Below are positions 19,001-33,803 of a stretch of DNA of 64,000 nucleotides, one piece after another. Origin of the DNA: Eledone cirrhosa (taxonomy: Eukaryota); contig CAXHJY010001394.1 of assembly GCA_964016885.1 (NCBI GenBank), positions 62,001-126,000 of the forward strand, given 5' to 3'. The notes beneath the pieces are model-generated. The model was given only the letters and a program-made list of their open reading frames with translations, had not been told where the DNA came from and did no database searches. Made by a program: the position numbers and the translations under genes. Positions within the stretch are counted from its first letter, which is position 1. The number at the start of each line of letters is the position of its first letter.

Positions 19001-22000
19001 GTAAAACTTGGTTTTTCACTTTGGGATAATACACGTATTTGCAACTTATTTATGTTTATTTACGTTGAGCGTAATCGATTTGTTTCCATATCTCCACGCG
19101 TTTTATTTCATAGTCATAGTTATAAAATTAGAAAACTTTCTTTAAAAAAAACAAATTAACGCGGGTAACTACAAGATAACCTTGTTTTGTAATACTGGCA
19201 GACATTGAAGATTCTTTATGGATGGTTGATACTCAGCTGCCAGGAACACAGGATGTGGCAGAGGGTATAAGATTTGCCTGCTATTTCTAGCAACTTCAAT
19301 GACCACATAATTGGTTTGTAATTTTGTTTTAAAGTGTAAGGGTTTACACAGCCATTTATGAATTTCTAAGAGATACGTTTACGATGAGATACACTTATTA
19401 AAAATACTTTCATTGCATAGTTCCGTTTGTAAAGGCTTTAATTTACTGTACTACTCGGGAACCTTTTAATAACACACAGGATTAAGTCCATGTTTGTTCA
19501 ACCAATTAATGGTATCTGCTGTAGTAGGGGTAACGATGGAAATATGGCGATGATTAACTCCACCCTGGGGTATAATGTAGAATTCATATTTTTCAACTTG
19601 CCCATACGTGTATTATCCCAAAGTGAAAAACCAAGTTTTACATCAACGTGGTGATTTCAAAGTTTATTTATTTACACATGGTGGTGGGGGGGGATACGGA
19701 AATAAACGAAGGTTGACGAATGACGTCACATTCTTCTACTTTCACTTCTGACAGCCAATTCCGTTGTAGTGCCATATATAAACATGATGGTCACGGCTGG
19801 AACAACTTTAATTATAGGTCTGCTCAATCATACTAACATGGGATTTAAATTGAGCAAAGTTGGAGTTGTCTCCCTTGGTACTTTACTACGCTACGTTTGT
19901 TTATATATATCATCATCATCATCTTCAACATTATCATTTAACGTTCATTGTTATCACACCTGCATGGGTTATACAGGTTGTCACGTTATGAGACATGTCA
20001 GGTGTGGAGACCAGGTCTCATATGGATGTGTATTTTGGTTTGGTTTCTAAGGCTGGATGCCCTTCTTAACACGAAACACGTTACAATGTGGACTGCACAC
20101 TTTTGTATGACCACCTTACAGGATGAACTGGGTGTTTTTATTGTTGTAGCATCAACGAGGTGTGTGGGATATTTAGCAGGTGAGGGCAGGGCCTTATGAA
20201 TAGGAAGGGGTGATGAGAAGATTGGTGAAGACTAGTGTGTTCTCTACATGTTTGTTTTATTTCATTTTCAGCACATGGGAGGGGGGGGGGGTCTTCTACA
20301 TTACAGCATGACGCCAGAGATCTCGATCCTGTGACATTTCCATTGAGAGGTTTAATTGGGCAAGGCGAGCTTTTATTATTTCATCCCAAGCTTTCCTAGG
20401 TCTTCCCCTTTCATAGTTAACATCGACTTTGACAACCCTGCACCTTGTTATACAGCTGTCACCTTCCATATACATCACATGTCCAAACCACCACAATCTC
20501 CTCTCCTCTACACTGCATCTGACCTCTCTTATACCTAGTTTCTCTCTCAGTTTATTAATGCTTGTTGTTCATGCACACTATTACACATCTATCAGATCCT
20601 GTAAACTTCATTTCTTTCCAGTCTTTATAGGTCCTCTGAATATATTGCCCTGGTCTCACTTCAATGTAACATTGCTGTTTGTACACAGACTTCATACAAT
20701 CTGCCTTTCACTTTCAGGGGAAATCATTTTGTAGGCATCAGTAGTAGTAGCTCCCTAAACTGTTTCCATCCCATTCTCACTCAGGCTACTGTACCTTCAG
20801 AACACCCACCTCCACTGTTAATTTGGTTAATTAAGTTAACAGAAATTATGAACCGGTTTCTACAGAGCCTTCTGGACATTTAACCCTTTAGCATTTAAAC
20901 CAGCCATACCTAGCCAGAATACTCTCACATCTTTCTGTTCAAACCAGCCATAACTGGCCACTCATACTGACGTTAAGGTATTGTTCTCAATATAAATAAT
21001 ATCAAAATCTCATAGATTCGATATTATATGAGATAATTATGTAAGATAAAGCCTTTACCACAAAAATACAATAGTATATATAGAGTAATAAAAATGCTAA
21101 AGGGTAAAAGTAGCTTATTATTTTGTGAGCTCTTGCTACTTATTGCTCTTGTGCATCAAGAACATACACAGCTTACATTTTGTTGCTAATCTCACTGAGA
21201 TCCAACTACATCTCTTGTTTATCCATAGTTTGGAATTTCTACCTACTCCTTTCCTTTAGAATGATCAAGGCCATTTTCTTGTGGGGATCTAGGCCCTGTT
21301 TTCCTTTCTATTTTGCCAAGTTATCTTACATCACTTTCATTCTAGACCATGCTTCCAGGTTTGGAATTTCTCCTCTAATTTTACCACAGATTAAGTGACA
21401 AGGGTTCAATCATGTGCATACAGGAGTTCCCATGGACAGCCAGTAATATGTAATAGCCTGCAGGATGATAATAAACAGAAGAGGGTTAATTACAGAGCCC
21501 TGATAGAGGGTTAATAACAGAGCCCTGATAGACTTGTTCACTCAACTCCTCACTATAGCCATCATTACTTTTAACCTTACTGACTGCTCCTCCATACATG
21601 GCTTTTACTGCTCTCACAAGCCACTCATATACCCCTAGTTTTCTAAGTTATACACCAGATTATGGAAGGGGGAAGTCTCACAGAAGCTCTCTCTGGGTCA
21701 ACAAATGCCAAGTAGAGGGGCTTATTTTAGCTAGGTACTACTCTTGCAGTTGCCACACAAGGAAGAGGACATCAGTGGTACTTTTACCTGGCACAAATCC
21801 AAACTTCATCTCATCTAGGTTAACTTGGTCCCTAATCAGCTGTGTTATAAATCTAACACCTTCATGAAGTGGTCCATCTAATATTTCTATAGTTTTCTAG
21901 CTCTAGTACATCTCCTTTGCCCTTGTAGCAGTTGATGATGATGATACTACACCATTTATTTGGTATGACACCATTTTGTATTACATGCTGTACGATACCA

Positions 22001-24242
22001 GTGGTTAAGATGTGACCCACCACCCCAGATACTTTCAGTATCTCAGCAACTATCACCAATGGACAAGATACTTTCTCTGTCTTCATATCCTTAATTACCT
22101 TACTACACTACTGCTTACTTGTATGGCTGGACCCTCTGTTGGGCCCACTTTCCGTAGACTATCTTCCTCCCATGCATTCTCCTCATTCAGTAATCTTTCA
22201 TAAAGGCATTTCCATGTTACAAAGGTTGGCTGAAAAGTTCATAGACTATCAATGATAGCATGATGCTAGAGCTGTGAAATCTTGCCTGCATTAATTTCAA
22301 CTCTTCTTATTAATAACTGCATTGTTTCCTTCCAGGGACTATGTTGAAAAATAAACCTCATTTGGTCATTCCATGAGTGTATCTTGGTCTGCCTATGAAC
22401 TTTTCAGCTGACCCTATTCAGCATCAGTGAGCCCAAATGCCCCATTATCATCCTGGACACACTTTACCCCAACATCACAATTTGCCCTCACACACTGCCT
22501 CACAATCCTGAACATCTCATGTATTTCATCCTCACATCATAAAACCAACTGAAATTATATATTCTCTGCTTCCCTCCTTGCAAAGAATACTTCTTGCCTA
22601 GCTTCCTGTAGTGTACCCTCCAGCTGCCTCCATTCTGCCATTATTCCATGCCTGTCTCTTGGCCTTAACTGTCTCATCTACCCTAGTGTTTCACCACCAA
22701 GATACTCTCCTCTCTGAAGCCCTGCTCCAGCCACAGATCTAGTTTGACACCTTCAGCAAAGGTTCTTTAAGGAACTCCCACTGTTCCCCTATATTGTATG
22801 TTTCTATTTGTTCTTCCTTACTGTTGTAAAGATCAAACAAAATATCTCTAAATTTGGAACTGGCTGAGGGGTCCTTTAACTTCCATATCCTTCTCCTCCA
22901 AGTTGCCCTCAGTCTTCAAGTTCATCTAAGTCTATGAAATCACTAACTACTGGGTTATGTTGGGAGGTGCATTCTTCCCCAGGGGGTGGGGATTGTGTGT
23001 TTACAAATGTCAATATCTCATCTTCTGGTGAGGATAAAAATCTGACTGGCATGCTCCTCTGACCAATAGGTGTTGAAGTGGTTGTCGGGTAAACGTTAAG
23101 ACCCTCTGATATACATATATATATATATACTAGCAGTGGTACCCGGCGTTGCACGGGATAACGTATTTCGGAACGCGGGCCGCCATCTTCCACTTCAGCC
23201 GGTCGCCCTAAAGTGTTGGCTATTCAGTCTACTTGAGGCCAGTTGGTGAGGGGGGGTAAAGCTTTCAGTGTGCTACTACCCTCACGGTCAAATAGAAAGG
23301 GAGAGGAAGAAAAGTCAGCGTTAATATCGTGCTACACGTTTGAAAGGTTGGATGACCTTAGAGTTCACCAGGGTGGGGGGTTCTAAAAGTATCTATCTTG
23401 GTATTTTATCTTAGAAGTAATCATTACAGAGTGTACTGGGTGTATTTTAGTGGGCAGTAATTCCATAAAGAACACAGTATAATCTGTGGACACAAGCCTT
23501 GCAGTGTGATTACAGGCAGGTTAATGGGAAAGATAGATTATATATGTGACATGATGTACATGAGAAGTGAGGACACAGACCACACATGAAATAGATTCCT
23601 ACAACTGTCAGGGAGGCTCCCTAGAATTACAGATGACATATTTCAATATCTCGGTGATCAAGTTAGCAGTGGAGGAAGAATCTCTAAAAGTGTAATACCC
23701 AGGATAAGGACAGGCTGGAAGAAGTTTAGAGTACTGTTCCATCTGTTGACAACAAAGGGCTTCTCTCTCAGAATGGAGGCTAGACTGCTTGATACTTATG
23801 TGTGGTCTGCAATCTACACCCCAGCCATGCCCCTTCCACTACCACTCCTTAGCTATTTCTCTCCATTAATACTCCTCACATTTCAAGCAGTTTTCTCATC
23901 TCAATGAAAGAAAAATATTGGGCTCAAGAGAAGTCTTCAGTTATGCCATGGTGTGGCAACCTCCCTAGGGTTGGGCAGAGTGTAAATGAGAGTGAAATTA
24001 GGTATGAGAGGGATCATATGCAGTATACAAGAGAGTAGATTACATTGGTATGGTCATGTGATGGGTATAAAGGATGACAGCTGTATAAAAATGTGCTGGG
24101 CAATCAAAGTTGATGGAAGTTATGAAGGCGGAAGACCCAGGATGACCTGGGATGAGGTGATAAAAGATGACTTTGCACAATTGCAACTCTCAAAGACAAT
24201 GACACAGGATAGAGATCTTGAGATGTATGCAGCAATACAGAA
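15933..24242. repeat. Spacer copy B (8310 bp)
   Basis: Same content as spacer A at +16166. Confidence 0.95.
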
Positions 24243-27200
24243 GGCCCTGTGCGTCGATCGTGGGCCGGCCGGATGTTGACGGATCGATGTGTAATTAGAA
24301 GTACATGTGCGGACACTCATTGGCTGTGCGTGGTATGCATTTCAGCAAGATATCTCCGTAACATCAAGAGTTATGGCTGTGGAGGCACACCTAGTCAAAC
24401 GTAAACAAGCTCTGGAGCGTATACGCTTCGCGATTTTGTTTACGTTTGACTAGGTGTGCCTCCACAGCCACAACTCTTGATGTTACGGAGATATCTTGCT
24501 GAAATGCATACCACGCACAGCCAATGAGTGTCCGCACATGTACTTCTAATTACACATCGATCCGTCAACATCCGGCCGGCCCACGATCGACGCACAGGGC
24601 CGGATGGCCCGTTTGCAGTGAATTTTCACCGGAATCGATCTGTAATTACTGGTACATGTGCGGACACACATTTGCTGTGTGTGGTGTGATTTTCACGAAA
24701 AACTGCCCATGCTAAATGAGGAAGCTGAAGTCCGCCGGCGAATGGTGTGCTTCGAAGAAAACTAATTCGAAAATGACCGTTTGCAGGCGGAGTAACCTTT
24801 TCGATCGTGGGCCAGCCGCCCGTGGTGGGATACATCTGTAATTACTGGTACATGTGCGGACACACATTTGCTGTGTGTGGTGTGATTTTCGAGAAAGACT
24901 GCCCATGCTAAATGAGGAAGCTGAAGTCCGCCGGCGAATGGTGTGCTTCGAAGAAAACTAATTCGAAAATGACTATTTGCCGGCGGAATCACCTTTTCGG
25001 TCCTGGTCCGGCCGGATCTTGCCGGATCGATCGGAAATTTGTGGACCATGTTCGGAAGGCCATTGTGCATGTGTGGTGAAAAAAATTTGTGTCGAAATCT
25101 TCTCGGAAAATAACGGATCGCCGGCGGAGATTGCCATTTCGATCGTGGGCCGGCCGGATCTTGTCGGATCGATTCGGACATATGTGCATCGTGTTCGCAA
25201 GGCCCTTGTCTATGTGTGGTGTGATTTTCATAAAGAAATTCCGAAAAACCCAGTTTTAAATCTGATTTCGCCAAAGAATTTTGGCTATCAGATCGGGTTG
25301 AAAGGTATGGTTTCAGGTCGATCTGAAAGTCTAAAATGGAATTCACTCGGTTAGCTAACTTTTGATATATCGGAGATATCTTTCTGAAAATCACACCACA
25401 CACTCCCAATGAGTGTCTGCACATGTACGAGTAATTACAGATGGATCCCACCACGGGCGGCCGGCCCACGATCGAAAAGGTTACTCCGAAGCACACCATT
25501 CGCCGGCGGAATTCATTTAGCATGGGCAGTTTTTCTCGAAAATCACACCACACACAGCCAATGAGTGTCCGCACATGTACCAGTAATTACAGATGGATCC
25601 CACCACGGGCGGCTGGCCCACGATCGAAAAGGTTACTCCGCCTGCAAACGGTCATTTTCGAATTAGTTTTCTTCGAAGCACACCATTCGCCGGCGGACTT
25701 CAGCTTCCTCATTTAGCATGGGCAGTTTTTCTCGAAAATCACACCACACACAGCAAATGTGTGTCCGCACATGTACCAGTAATTACAGATCGATTCCGGT
25801 GAAAATTCACTGAAAACGGGCCATTCTGCCCTGTGCGTCGATCGTGGGCCGGCCGGATGTTGACGGATCGATGTGTAATTAGAAGTACATGTGCGGACAC
25901 TCATTGGCTGTGCGTGGTATGCATTTCAGCAAGATATCTCCGTAACATCAAGAGTTATGGCTGTGGAGGCACACCTAGTCAAACGTAAACAAGCTCTGGA
26001 GCGTATACGCTTCGCGATTTTGTTTACGTTTGACTAGGTGTGCCTCCACAGCCACAACTCTTGATGTTACGGAGATATCTTGCTGAAATGCATACCACGC
26101 ACAGCCAATGAGTGTCCGCACATGTACTTCTAATTACACATCGATCCGTCAACATCCGGCCGGCCCACGATCGACGCACAGGGCCGGATGGCCCGTTTTC
26201 AGTGAATTTTCACCGGAATCGATCTGTAATTACTGGTACATGTGCGGACACACATTTGCTGTGTGTGGTGTGATTTTCACGAAAAACTGCCCATGCTAAA
26301 TGAGGAAGCTGAAGTCCGCCGGCGAATGGTGTGCTTCGAAGAAAACTAATTCGAAAATGACCGTTTGCAGGCGGAGTAACCTTTTCGATCGTGGGCCAGC
26401 CGCCCGTGGTGGGATACATCTGTAATTACTGGTACATGTGCGGACACACATTTGCTGTGTGTGGTGTGATTTTCGAGAAAGACTGCCCATGCTAAATGAG
26501 GAAGCTGAAGTCCGCCGGCGAATGGTGTGCTTCGAAGAAAACTAATTCGAAAATGACTATTTGCCGGCGGAATCACCTTTTCGGTCCTGGTCCGGCCGGA
26601 TCTTGCCGGATCGATCGGAAATTTGTGGACCATGTTCGGAAGGCCATTGTGCATGTGTGGTGAAAAAAATTTGTGTCGAAATCTTCTCGGAAAATAACGG
26701 ATCGCCGGCGGAGATTGCCATTTCGATCGTGGGCCGGCCGGATCTTGTCGGATCGATTCGGACATATGTGCATCGTGTTCGCAAGGCCCTTGTCTATGTG
26801 TGGTGTGATTTTCATAAAGAAATTCCGAAAAACCCAGTTTTAAATCTGATTTCGCCAAAGAATTTTGGCTATCAGATCGGGTTGAAAGGTATGGTTTCAG
26901 GTCGATCTGAAAGTCTAAAATGGAATTCACTCGGTTAGCTAACTTTTGATATATCGGAGATATCTTTCTGAAAATCACACCACACACTCCCAATGAGTGT
27001 CTGCACATGTACCAGTAATTACAGATGGATCCCACCACGGGCGGCCGGCCCACGATCGAAAAGGTTACTCCGAAGCACACCATTCGCCGGCGGAATTCAT
27101 TTAGCATGGGCAGTTTTTCTCGAAAATCACACCACACACAGCCAATGAGTGTCCGCACATGTACCAGTAATTACAGATGGATCCCACCACGGGCGGCTGG

Positions 27201-30200
27201 CCCACGATCGAAAAGGTTACTCCGCCTGCAAACGGTCATTTTCGAATTAGTTTTCTTCGAAGCACACCATTCGCCGGCGGACTTCAGCTTCCTCATTTAG
27301 CATGGGCAGTTTTTCTCGAAAATCACACCACACACAGCAAATGTGTGTCCGCACATGTACCAGTAATTACAGATCGATTCCGGTGAAAATTCACTGAAAA
27401 CGGGCCATTCTGCCCTGTGCGTCGATCGTGGGCCGGCCGGATGTTGACGGATCGATGTGTAATTAGAAGTACATGTGCGGACACTCATTGGCTGTGCGTG
27501 GTATGCATTTCAGCAAGATATCTCCGTAACATCAAGAGTTATGGCTGTGGAGGCACACCTAGTCAAACGTAAACAAGCTCTGGAGCGTATACGCTTCGCG
27601 ATTTTGTTTACGTTTGACTAGGTGTGCCTCCACAGCCACAACTCTTGATGTTACGGAGATATCTTGCTGAAATGCATACCACGCACAGCCAATGAGTGTC
27701 CGCACATGTACTTCTAATTACACATCGATCCGTCAACATCCGGCCGGCCCACGATCGACGCACAGGGCCGGATGGCCCGTTTTCAGTGAATTTTCACCGG
27801 AATCGATCTGTAATTACTGGTACATGTGCGGACACACATTTGCTGTGTGTGGTGTGATTTTCACGAAAAACTGCCCATGCTAAATGAGGAAGCTGAAGTC
27901 CGCCGGCGAATGGTGTGCTTCGAAGAAAACTAATTCGAAAATGACCGTTTGCAGGCGGAGTAACCTTTTCGATCGTGGGCCAGCCGCCCGTGGTGGGATA
28001 CATCTGTAATTACTGGTACATGTGCGGACACACATTTGCTGTGTGTGGTGTGATTTTCGAGAAAGACTGCCCATGCTAAATGAGGAAGCTGAAGTCCGCC
28101 GGCGAATGGTGTGCTTCGAAGAAAACTAATTCGAAAATGACTATTTGCCGGCGGAATCACCTTTTCGGTCCTGGTCCGGCCGGATCTTGCCGGATCGATC
28201 GGAAATTTGTGGACCATGTTCGGAAGGCCATTGTGCATGTGTGGTGAAAAAAATTTGTGTCGAAATCTTCTCGGAAAATAACGGATCGCCGGCGGAGATT
28301 GCCATTTCGATCGTGGGCCGGCCGGATCTTGTCGGATCGATTCGGACATATGTGCATCGTGTTCGCAAGGCCCTTGTCTATGTGTGGTGTGATTTTCATA
28401 AAGAAATTCCGAAAAACCCAGTTTTAAATCTGATTTCGCCAAAGAATTTTGGCTATCAGATCGGGTTGAAAGGTATGGTTTCAGGTCGATCTGAAAGTCT
28501 AAAATGGAATTCACTCGGTTAGCTAACTTTTGATATATCGGAGATATCTTTCTGAAAATCACACCACACACTCCCAATGAGTGTCTGCACATGTACCAGT
28601 AATTACAGATGGATCCCACCACGGGCAGCCGGCCCACGATCGAAAAGGTTACTCCGAAGCACACCATTCGCCGGCGGAATTCATTTAGCATGGGCAGTTT
28701 TTCTCGAAAATCACACCACACACAGCCAATGAGTGTCCGCACATGTACCAGTAATTACAGATGGATCCCACCACGGGCGGCTGGCCCACGATCGAAAAGG
28801 TTACTCCGCCTGCAAACGGTCATTTTCGAATTAGTTTTCTTCGAAGCACACCATTCGCCGGCGGACTTCAGCTTCCTCATTTAGCATGGGCAGTTTTTCT
28901 CGAAAATCACACCACACACAGCAAATGTGTGTCCGCACATGTACCAGTAATTACAGATCGATTCCGGTGAAAATTCACTGAAAACGGGCCATTCTGCCCT
29001 GTGCGTCGATCGTGGGCCGGCCGGATGTTGACGGATCGATGTGTAATTAGAAGTACATGTGCGGACACTCATTGGCTGTGCGTGGTATGCATTTCAGCAA
29101 GATATCTCCGTAACATCAAGAGTTATGGCTGTGGAGGCACACCTAGTCAAACGTAAACAAGCTCTGGAGCGTATACGCTTCGCGATTTTGTTTACGTTTG
29201 ACTAGGTGTGCCTCCACAGCCACAACTCTTGATGTTACGGAGATATCTTGCTGAAATGCATACCACGCACAGCCAATGAGTGTCCGCACATGTACTTCTA
29301 ATTACACATCGATCCGTCAACATCCGGCCGGCCCACGATCGACGCACAGGGCCGGATGGCCCGTTTTCAGTGAATTTTCACCGGAATCGATCTGTAATTA
29401 CTGGTACATGTGCGGACACACATTTGCTGTGTGTGGTGTGATTTTCACGAAAAACTGCCCATGCTAAATGAGGAAGCTGAAGTCCGCCGGCGAATGGTGT
29501 GCTTCGAAGAAAACTAATTCGAAAATGACCGTTTGCAGGCGGAGTAACCTTTTCGATCGTGGGCCAGCCGCCCGTGGTGGGATACATCTGTAATTACTGG
29601 TACATGTGCGGACACACATTTGCTGTGTGTGGTGTGATTTTCGAGAAAGACTGCCCATGCTAAATGAGGAAGCTGAAGTCCGCCGGCGAATGGTGTGCTT
29701 CGAAGAAAACTAATTCGAAAATGACTATTTGCCGGCGGAATCACCTTTTCGGTCCTGGTCCGGCCGGATCTTGCCGGATCGATCGGAAATTTGTGGACCA
29801 TGTTCGGAAGGCCATTGTGCATGTGTGGTGAAAAAAATTTGTGTCGAAATCTTCTCGGAAAATAACGGATCGCCGGCGGAGATTGCCATTTCGATCGTGG
29901 GCCGGCCGGATCTTGTCGGATCGATTCGGACATATGTGCATCGTGTTCGCAAGGCCCTTGTCTATGTGTGGTGTGATTTTCATAAAGAAATTCCGAAAAA
30001 CCCAGTTTTAAATCTGATTTCGCCAAAGAATTTTGGCTATCAGATCGGGTTGAAAGGTATGGTTTCAGGTCGATCTGAAAGTCTAAAATGGAATTCACTC
30101 GGTTAGCTAACTTTTGATATATCGGAGATATCTTTCTGAAAATCACACCACACACTCCCAATGAGTGTCTGCACATGTACCAGTAATTACAGATGGATCC

Positions 30201-33200
30201 CACCACGGGCGGCCGGCCCACGATCGAAAAGGTTACTCCGAAGCACACCATTCGCCGGCGGAATTCATTTAGCATGGGCAGTTTTTCTCGAAAATCACAC
30301 CACACACAGCCAATGAGTGTCCGCACATGTACCAGTAATTACAGATGGATCCCACCACGGGCGGCTGGCCCACGATCGAAAAGGTTACTCCGCCTGCAAA
30401 CGGTCATTTTCGAATTAGTTTTCTTCGAAGCACACCATTCGCCGGCGGACTTCAGCTTCCTCATTTAGCATGGGCAGTTTTTCTCGAAAATCACACCACA
30501 CACAGCAAATGTGTGTCCGCACATGTACCAGTAATTACAGATCGATTCCGGTGAAAATTCACTGAAAACGGGCCATTCTGCCCTGTGCGTCGATCGTGGG
30601 CCGGCCGGATGTTGACGGATCGATGTGTAATTAGAAGTACATGTGCGGACACTCATTGGCTGTGCGTGGTATGCATTTCAGCAAGATATCTCCGTAACAT
30701 CAAGAGTTATGGCTGTGGAGGCACACCTAGTCAAACGTAAACAAGCTCTGGAGCGTATACGCTTCGCGATTTTGTTTACGTTTGACTAGGTGTGCCTCCA
30801 CAGCCACAACTCTTGATGTTACGGAGATATCTTGCTGAAATGCATACCACGCACAGCCAATGAGTGTCCGCACATGTACTTCTAATTACACATCGATCCG
30901 TCAACATCCGGCCGGCCCACGATCGACGCACAGGGCCGGATGGCCCGTTTTCAGTGAATTTTCACCGGAATCGATCTGTAATTACTGGTACATGTGCGGA
31001 CACACATTTGCTGTGTGTGGTGTGATTTTCACGAAAAACTGCCCATGCTAAATGAGGAAGCTGAAGTCCGCCGGCGAATGGTGTGCTTCGAAGAAAACTA
31101 ATTCGAAAATGACCGTTTGCAGGCGGAGTAACCTTTTCGATCGTGGGCCAGCCGCCCGTGGTGGGATACATCTGTAATTACTGGTACATGTGCGGACACA
31201 CATTTGCTGTGTGTGGTGTGATTTTCGAGAAAGACTGCCCATGCTAAATGAGGAAGCTGAAGTCCGCCGGCGAATGGTGTGCTTCGAAGAAAACTAATTC
31301 GAAAATGACTATTTGCCGGCGGAATCACCTTTTCGGTCCTGGTCCGGCCGGATCTTGCCGGATCGATCGGAAATTTGTGGACCATGTTCGGAAGGCCATT
31401 GTGCATGTGTGGTGAAAAAAATTTGTGTCGAAATCTTCTCGGAAAATAACGGATCGCCGGCGGAGATTGCCATTTCGATCGTGGGCCGGCCGGATCTTGT
31501 CGGATCGATTCGGACATATGTGCATCGTGTTCGCAAGGCCCTTGTCTATGTGTGGTGTGATTTTCATAAAGAAATTCCGAAAAACCCAGTTTTAAATCTG
31601 ATTTCGCCAAAGAATTTTGGCTATCAGATCGGGTTGAAAGGTATGGTTTCAGGTCGATCTGAAAGTCTAAAATGGAATTCACTCGGTTAGCTAACTTTTG
31701 ATATATCGGAGATATCTTTCTGAAAATCACACCACACACTCCCAATGAGTGTCTGCACATGTACCAGTAATTACAGATGGATCCCACCACGGGCAGCCGG
31801 CCCACGATCGAAAAGGTTACTCCGAAGCACACCATTCGCCGGCGGAATTCATTTAGCATGGGCAGTTTTTCTCGAAAATCACACCACACACAGCCAATGA
31901 GTGTCCGCACATGTACCAGTAATTACAGATGGATCCCACCACGGGCGGCTGGCCCACGATCGAAAAGGTTACTCCGCCTGCAAACGGTCATTTTCGAATT
32001 AGTTTTCTTCGAAGCACACCATTCGCCGGCGGACTTCAGCTTCCTCATTTAGCATGGGCAGTTTTTCTCGAAAATCACACCACACACAGCAAATGTGTGT
32101 CCGCACATGTACCAGTAATTACAGATCGATTCCGGTGAAAATTCACTGAAAACGGGCCATTCTGCCCTGTGCGTCGATCGTGGGCCGGCCGGATGTTGAC
32201 GGATCGATGTGTAATTAGAAGTACATGTGCGGACACTCATTGGCTGTGCGTGGTATGCATTTCAGCAAGATATCTCCGTAACATCAAGAGTTATGGCTGT
32301 GGAGGCACACCTAGTCAAACGTAAACAAGCTCTGGAGCGTATACGCTTCGCGATTTTGTTTACGTTTGACTAGGTGTGCCTCCACAGCCACAACTCTTGA
32401 TGTTACGGAGATATCTTGCTGAAATGCATACCACGCACAGCCAATGAGTGTCCGCACATGTACTTCTAATTACACATCGATCCGTCAACATCCGGCCGGC
32501 CCACGATCGACGCACAGGGCCGGATGGCCCGTTTTCAGTGAATTTTCACCGGAATCGATCTGTAATTACTGGTACATGTGCGGACACACATTTGCTGTGT
32601 GTGGTGTGATTTTCACGAAAAACTGCCCATGCTAAATGAGGAAGCTGAAGTCCGCCGGCGAATGGTGTGCTTCGAAGAAAACTAATTCGAAAATGACCGT
32701 TTGCAGGCGGAGTAACCTTTTCGATCGTGGGCCAGCCGCCCGTGGTGGGATACATCTGTAATTACTGGTACATGTGCGGACACACATTTGCTGTGTGTGG
32801 TGTGATTTTCGAGAAAGACTGCCCATGCTAAATGAGGAAGCTGAAGTCCGCCGGCGAATGGTGTGCTTCGAAGAAAACTAATTCGAAAATGACTATTTGC
32901 CGGCGGAATCACCTTTTCGGTCCTGGTCCGGCCGGATCTTGCCGGATCGATCGGAAATTTGTGGACCATGTTCGGAAGGCCATTATGCATGTGTGGTGAA
33001 AAAAATTTGTGTCGAAATCTTCTCGGAAAATAACGGATCGCCGGCGGAGATTGCCATTTCGATCGTGGGCCGGCCGGATCTTGTCGGATCGATTCGGACA
33101 TATGTGCATCGTGTTCGCAAGGCCCTTGTCTATGTGTGGTGTGATTTTCATAAAGAAATTCCGAAAAACCCAGTTTTAAATCTGATTTCGCCAAAGAATT

Positions 33201-33682
33201 TTGGCTATCAGATCGGGTTGAAAGGTATGGTTTCAGGTCGATCTGAAAGTCTAAAATGGAATTCACTCGGTTAGCTAACTATTGATATATCGGAGATATC
33301 TTTCTGAAAATCACACCACACACTCCCAATGAGTGTCTGCACATGTCCCAGTAATTACAGATGGATCCCACCACGGGCGGCCGGCCCACGATCGAAAAGG
33401 TTACTCCGAAGCACACCATTCGCCGGCGGAATTCATTTAGCATGGGCAGTTTTTCTCGAAAATCACACCACACACAGCCAATCAGTGTCCGCACATGTAC
33501 CAGTAATTACAGATGGATCCCACTACGGGCGGCTGGCCCACGATCGAAAAGGTTACTCCGCCTGCAAACGGTCATTTTCGAATTCGTTTTCTTCGAAGCA
33601 CACCATTCGCCGGCGGACTTCAGCTGCCTCATTTAGCATGGGCAGCTTTTCTCGAAAATCACACCACACACAGCCAATGAGT
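24243..33682. repeat. Palindromic satellite array 2: 5 x 1584 bp + 1520 bp
   Basis: Axes at 24422, 26006, 27590, 29174, 30758 and 32342. Same left and right junctions as array 1. Confidence 0.97.
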
Positions 33683-33757
33683 TTAAAATACTCACCGTTT
33701 GATTTGGAAAAACTTAAAATGCTCACATATATATGTGTATGTATTTATCTATGCATG

Positions 33758-33803
<46 letters not shown>

